From: Halarcobacter sp.
GTDB taxonomy: Bacteria > Campylobacterota > Campylobacteria > Campylobacterales > Arcobacteraceae
DNA length: 64,000 nt
Assembly: GCA_048571215.1 (NCBI GenBank)
Contig: CP182352.1
Span: forward strand, 2,656,001 to 2,720,000
Reading direction: 5' to 3'
Each line of letters opens with the position of its first letter. Position 1 is the first letter of the stretch. Made by a program: the position numbers and the translations under genes. Below, piece by piece: positions 59,616-64,000 of the stretch. Below the pieces are notes generated by a model that did not search any database, was not told where the DNA came from, and saw only the letters and a program-made list of their open reading frames with translations.

Positions 59616-62573
59616 TTATTGGTTTTCACTATTTTGTGTTTTTAAAAGAAACATAAAGGCTTCTATAAAAAATTTATGTGCATCTTTGGGTGAAAGCTCA
59701 TACATATTTTGCCAAGCTTGTGTTTTAAACTCTTGATAATTTTGCTCACCATTTGATTTTTCCCAAGCTACTCTTACTGCATGACCTATTATAACATCAA
59801 GCATCAATTCCCCATCTATTTTTATCTCTGGATTATTTCTAAATAGTCTAATTAAGGATTCAAGAAGCTCTATATTTAATTGTCTATATTCAGGAGCTTC
59901 AATATTTTGTAAAAGTATTTCAACCTTTAAATCAAAGTTTCTCTCCCCTGGAGTACTTTCTAGTGTTACATCTGAAGAGATTCTATTTTCAAGATTATAT
60001 TTATCCCCTATTACTAAGCCTTTACATTGTTGTAAAAGATACCAAACTCCTTTATAAAACTCCTTTGATAACCTAGCTAACATCCCTGATTCTTTTCTCC
60101 ACTTCTCCCAACTATCAACCCTAATACAATCAGCTTGATTTTCTGTAAATTCAATGGAGGTTATACTACAAAGTCCTACTGCTTGAATATTTTCTTGATC
60201 TATCATATGATTAACTTCTACACTATATGATTTTAAGATATCTCTTAATCTCTCATAAATATCATGGGGTGCAAGGTTTACAAGGTATTCATAAGATTGA
60301 GCAATATTTAAAGATTCACTTTTTGCTATTTTGGATACTAAAAGTTGTACAAAATACCATGTTCTTAGAGTAATCATATTTTCAAAGAGTTCAGGCTCAC
60401 TTCTAATTAGATGTCCTAAATGTAAAATCAACTCTTGAGTTAATACTGTTTCTGCATTATTATTTCCACAATATGCATTTATCTTTTTTAAAATCTCTTG
60501 GTTATCTACAGGTTTTAATAAAAGGGCATCTTGACTATATGCTCTTCCTACTGCAAGAATTTTTTGTCTAATTACTATTTCTAAAAGGGCATCCTCTAAT
60601 CTCTCATCAGAAATATTTTGCTCTTGACAAGAGATTCTTACTTCTTTCCAATTATGTTTTGCTTTTGCATGCATATAATTATCTTCAAAATTAGAAAACT
60701 CAAACTCTCCTAACTCATATCCATGAAGATTATCTATCCTTTCAATTCCAGCTGTTGTCAAAAGTTGTTCTAAATTTCCAATTTTTATCTCAATATCCTC
60801 ACAAGTTCCTGATTGTAACTCATTTAAAAGATTTAAAACCTCTTGTTGTTGACTTTTTTCTAGCATATCTTCTCTTACCAAAAACGGAACAATTGCTTGT
60901 CCCGGATAATCCCATTGGCTACTTAGAAATTTAATAGTTGATTTAAACTGTTCAACCAATAAATTACTATCATAACTAAAATAAAAACCTTTTGGATTGA
61001 AGTAATGTGGTAAAAAAACTATTCTCTCCCCTGCTAAGATATGTAATCTAGCAGTTGTAATAGAACGTGGTACCCAAGATGGTCTACCACTTAAACCTAA
61101 TTTTTCATTTACTCCAAGTAGGGCATGTATCTGTGATAACTGGGAAGCATGAAGAATTTTTATAGGTTTTACCTCATCTATAGTTTGACTTTGAAAACCT
61201 AAATCTAAAAGTTTTTCCTGTACTTTTTTATCTTCTGAAAGTATGGTAACCATTGGATAAGAAACTCTTGTGTGACCTATTCTTTTTCTTCTATTTAATG
61301 GATCTATATCGCTAACTGATAATATCTTATCATCTATCATATCACTTAAGATATACAAACTTTGAGCCCAAACTAAAGGTATGTTTTCATTGGGAACTCT
61401 TTTTTGAGTATTGGGGTTTTGTTTCTCTTCTTCGATAAAATCTTTTGGAACATAATACAATTCAGGTAAAAGCTCTTGCCCCTCTTGTTCAATAAATAAA
61501 GGTTTTAACTTCTCTTTATAAAGCTTAACCTCATCATAATCATTCCTCATATAAGCATCAAGTAATAAATAGGTAAAAAATAGTGGCCATTGAGATTCTA
61601 TATTTTCAAACTCTTTTAACTCATGGGGGTCATAATGTAGTCTGCTATTATCTTCAATAATACTTTGATGACCATCTAATAAAAATCTTTTACACCCATA
61701 ATCTCCACCAAGTTTTTTTAAGATTTTTTCTTTTGTCTTTTTTAGTAATTCTTCATCTTCAACTGCATAGGCAGGATAGCCTATAATACTTAAAAGTGCC
61801 GCATCAGTCTCTTTTGAATTAGATTCCCGTGGAAGTAAGCCTTGCAAGGTTGACCTAGACCTTGCAATATCACTTGGGACCACATGGATCATAGCTTCTT
61901 TACCAGTAAAATTGCCAAATAGATTAAAATTTGACAAGGCTTCTAATGCCGCCTTTGCCATACCAACTGAACTACAATTTATTTCAGTATCTCCATGGTT
62001 TATTTTATTTCCCCTCTCCCAAATACCAAAATCAGGAGTGCAATAAGTTCTACTAATATAATGCACTAAATTTTGAACAAAATTCACCTCATCTATTGTA
62101 AAAATTATTCTAAGCCCTGAAGCTATCATTTGAGCTAACATTAAAAGAAAAAGAGAAGTGGCATCAAGCTGTAGATGTCCCCATTCATCGTCACCTACTA
62201 CATTTAATCCAGTTGTAGTTGAATATTTTGCATGTAGTGCATCTATAGGATTTAGAGTCTTTTTAAACTTTTCTACCTTTGATGATTGTCTCATCATACA
62301 AAGTAATAATCCTCTCATTAGTTTCACTACACTTTGATTTAAAAGATATGTTCTATGACTGTTTGGTTTATATTTTTTATAACTTAAAGCTAAGCCCCAA
62401 ACACAAAGTATACTATATACATTGTCTCTAACCCAAGCATCGGTATAATCACCATGACTAGTAATAGCTGTACTAGCAGGAAGCAGTCCTGTAATAGGGT
62501 TTTGCCTAGAAAGAATTGTTTTTTCAATTGTTATAAAATGTTTATTTAGTATATTGTCTAATTTATTGTGCAT
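59616..62573 (-). CDS. Glycoside hydrolase family 15-like protein, homolog of phosphorylase kinase alpha/beta subunits
   Basis: QNPITGLLPAS, AWVRDNVYS, WGHLQLDATS, DFGIWERG, LPRES.SKE.DAALL, YGCKRF..DG; 985 aa. Confidence 0.88.
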   Translation of the reverse strand: MHNKLDNILNKHFITIEKTILSRQNPITGLLPASTAITSHGDYTDAWVRDNVYSILCVWGLALSYKKYKPNSHRTYLLNQSVVKLMRGLLLCMMRQSSKVEKFKKTLNPIDALHAKYSTTTGLNVVGDDEWGHLQLDATSLFLLMLAQMIASGLRIIFTIDEVNFVQNLVHYISRTYCTPDFGIWERGNKINHGDTEINCSSVGMAKAALEALSNFNLFGNFTGKEAMIHVVPSDIARSRSTLQGLLPRESNSKETDAALLSIIGYPAYAVEDEELLKKTKEKILKKLGGDYGCKRFLLDGHQSIIEDNSRLHYDPHELKEFENIESQWPLFFTYLLLDAYMRNDYDEVKLYKEKLKPLFIEQEGQELLPELYYVPKDFIEEEKQNPNTQKRVPNENIPLVWAQSLYILSDMIDDKILSVSDIDPLNRRKRIGHTRVSYPMVTILSEDKKVQEKLLDLGFQSQTIDEVKPIKILHASQLSQIHALLGVNEKLGLSGRPSWVPRSITTARLHILAGERIVFLPHYFNPKGFYFSYDSNLLVEQFKSTIKFLSSQWDYPGQAIVPFLVREDMLEKSQQQEVLNLLNELQSGTCEDIEIKIGNLEQLLTTAGIERIDNLHGYELGEFEFSNFEDNYMHAKAKHNWKEVRISCQEQNISDERLEDALLEIVIRQKILAVGRAYSQDALLLKPVDNQEILKKINAYCGNNNAETVLTQELILHLGHLIRSEPELFENMITLRTWYFVQLLVSKIAKSESLNIAQSYEYLVNLAPHDIYERLRDILKSYSVEVNHMIDQENIQAVGLCSITSIEFTENQADCIRVDSWEKWRKESGMLARLSKEFYKGVWYLLQQCKGLVIGDKYNLENRISSDVTLESTPGERNFDLKVEILLQNIEAPEYRQLNIELLESLIRLFRNNPEIKIDGELMLDVIIGHAVRVAWEKSNGEQNYQEFKTQAWQNMYELSPKDAHKFFIEAFMFLLKTQNSENQ

Positions 62574-62875
62574 ATCTGTTGCCTTCTAATAAAACAACGA
62601 TTATACGACATTTTGGTTAAAGTTTAATAACTAAATCTCTTTTTATTGTAACTATAAACTGATTTTGATTTTGGAACAAATGTTTTACCTAAGAAACTTA
62701 TCATAATTTTTAACATAGTTTTGCCTTTTTATGTTTTTAATCTAAATGCAACAAGTGTTCCTTTAGAAGTTTTTCTATCCTATTTAAAAGCTAAAGATAT
62801 TGTGGTTAAAAACTATACTAATAGATAAAATAATTAACAATCATTTAGATATAATTCCCTTTTAAAATATATAAA

Positions 62876-63682
62876 ATGAAAACTAATATGAAACATAAAA
62901 CCAATGATATTATCTCTTATGAAGAGCAAACAAAAATCACCAAAGCAATAATAAAAGCAGCTGTATTGATGATGGAATTTGGAGCTGAAAGTAAACTTAT
63001 TGAAAAAACTGCACAAAGGCTTGGAAGTGCTTTAGGTGTAGATTCTGTGGAGATTGCTTTAATCCCTTCTGCAATTGTATTAACTACACTTACAAATAAA
63101 AAAACCCAATCTGTTACAACAACAAGAAGATCTCATCATAAACCTATCAATATGTCCATTGTATGTGATGTGCAAAAGGTGTGTATAGATGCAGAAAAAA
63201 ACAATTATGGAGTAGATTATATAATAGAAGGGTTAAGACAGATTGAACCAAACTATTATAATCCTTGGTTGATTGTATTTATGATTGCACTATCGTGTGC
63301 AGCTATCTCTATTTTGCAAGGTGGTGATACAGCAGCATTTTTTATCACCTTTTTAGCCTCAGGGATTGCAATGTATATTAGACAACAATTGGCTAGAAAA
63401 AAAATGATTTTATTTTTAGCTTTTTCAATAACTGCCTTTTTTGCTACTATTATTGCAAGTGGTGCATATATTTACTCCCTAACAACTACTCCCCAAATTG
63501 TATTAGCAGCATCTGTAGTATTACTATTTCCTGGTTTTCCCTTTGTAAACTCATTTTTAGATGCGGTAAAAGGTTATTTAAGTATGGGTTGGGGAAGATG
63601 GATGCAAGCTTCACTTTTAACATTTGCAACCTCAATGGGTATTATTTTAGCTATGAGTATTCTGGATATAAAGGGTTGGTAA
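62876..63682 (+). CDS. ThrE/YjjP family threonine/serine/succinate exporter subunit (start may be 62888)
   Basis: GAES, INM, LFPG.P..N...D motifs; multiple TMs. Confidence 0.9.
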   Translation: MKTNMKHKTNDIISYEEQTKITKAIIKAAVLMMEFGAESKLIEKTAQRLGSALGVDSVEIALIPSAIVLTTLTNKKTQSVTTTRRSHHKPINMSIVCDVQKVCIDAEKNNYGVDYIIEGLRQIEPNYYNPWLIVFMIALSCAAISILQGGDTAAFFITFLASGIAMYIRQQLARKKMILFLAFSITAFFATIIASGAYIYSLTTTPQIVLAASVVLLFPGFPFVNSFLDAVKGYLSMGWGRWMQASLLTFATSMGIILAMSILDIKGW

Positions 63683-64000
63683 ATGTTATTTGAAGAGTTT
63701 GGTATATTTGCTTTTTTACTTGCTTCAATCCCTGCAATTGGCTTTGGAATGTTGTTTAATGTTCCTAAAAATGCTTTAGTATATTGTGGTTTTGGAGGGG
63801 TAATTACATTTTCGATTCAAAAAATACTAATTCAAACAGGTATAGCAATAGAACTTTCAACCTTTGTAGCAAGTTTAACAATAGCAATATTAACTGAACT
63901 TTATATAAGAAAAAACAAAATGCCAAGGTCAGTTTATACAGTTGCTGCTATTATCCCTTTGATTCCTGCTGGATATGCTATTACTGCTATGATAAGTTTA
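63683..64000 (+). CDS. YjjB/ThrE_2 family exporter subunit (runs off the right edge)
   Basis: Manual translation MLFEEFGIFAFLLASIPAIGFGMLFNVPKNAL...VAAIIPLIPAG; directly after the YjjP-like gene. Confidence 0.88.
   Translation, partial: MLFEEFGIFAFLLASIPAIGFGMLFNVPKNALVYCGFGGVITFSIQKILIQTGIAIELSTFVASLTIAILTELYIRKNKMPRSVYTVAAIIPLIPAGYAITAMISL

Overview
Very AT-rich bacterial chromosome segment. Gene content, protein sequences and promoter style point to Campylobacterota, most likely Arcobacteraceae (inference). Most of the window is housekeeping backbone: uvrD, purF, dapB, trxAB, alaS, maf, dxs-hisC-pheA-lysA, gap-pgk-tpiA-fabI, nadD-rsfS, argS-tatA, purCSQ, ctpA, truD. A ~16.5 kb accessory block lies between the convergent maf and dxs genes (13085-29600). 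It holds a lipid-linked glycosylation cassette (GtrA flippase, two paralogous GT-C-like membrane proteins, FAD oxidoreductase) directly upstream of an apparently complete Tad/Flp (type IVc) pilus locus. All four pilin-like proteins share a non-canonical motif, K-[GA]|x-[MI]-[DE]-x-I, with the acidic residue at +3 instead of the usual Glu+5. Other notable items: a 147-bp ERIC-like hairpin at the fabI 3' end; a start-codon or homopolymer anomaly in the first GT-C gene; a SauUSI-like PLD-helicase-DUF3427 gene near a MazG/DCTPP1-like plus nucleoside deoxyribosyltransferase pair; a phosphorylase-kinase-like GH15 plus glucokinase pair; and an unannotated 42-aa membrane ORF after argS. No rRNA, tRNA, CRISPR array, integrase or transposase was recognised. 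All calls come from reading motifs by eye; no searches were run.
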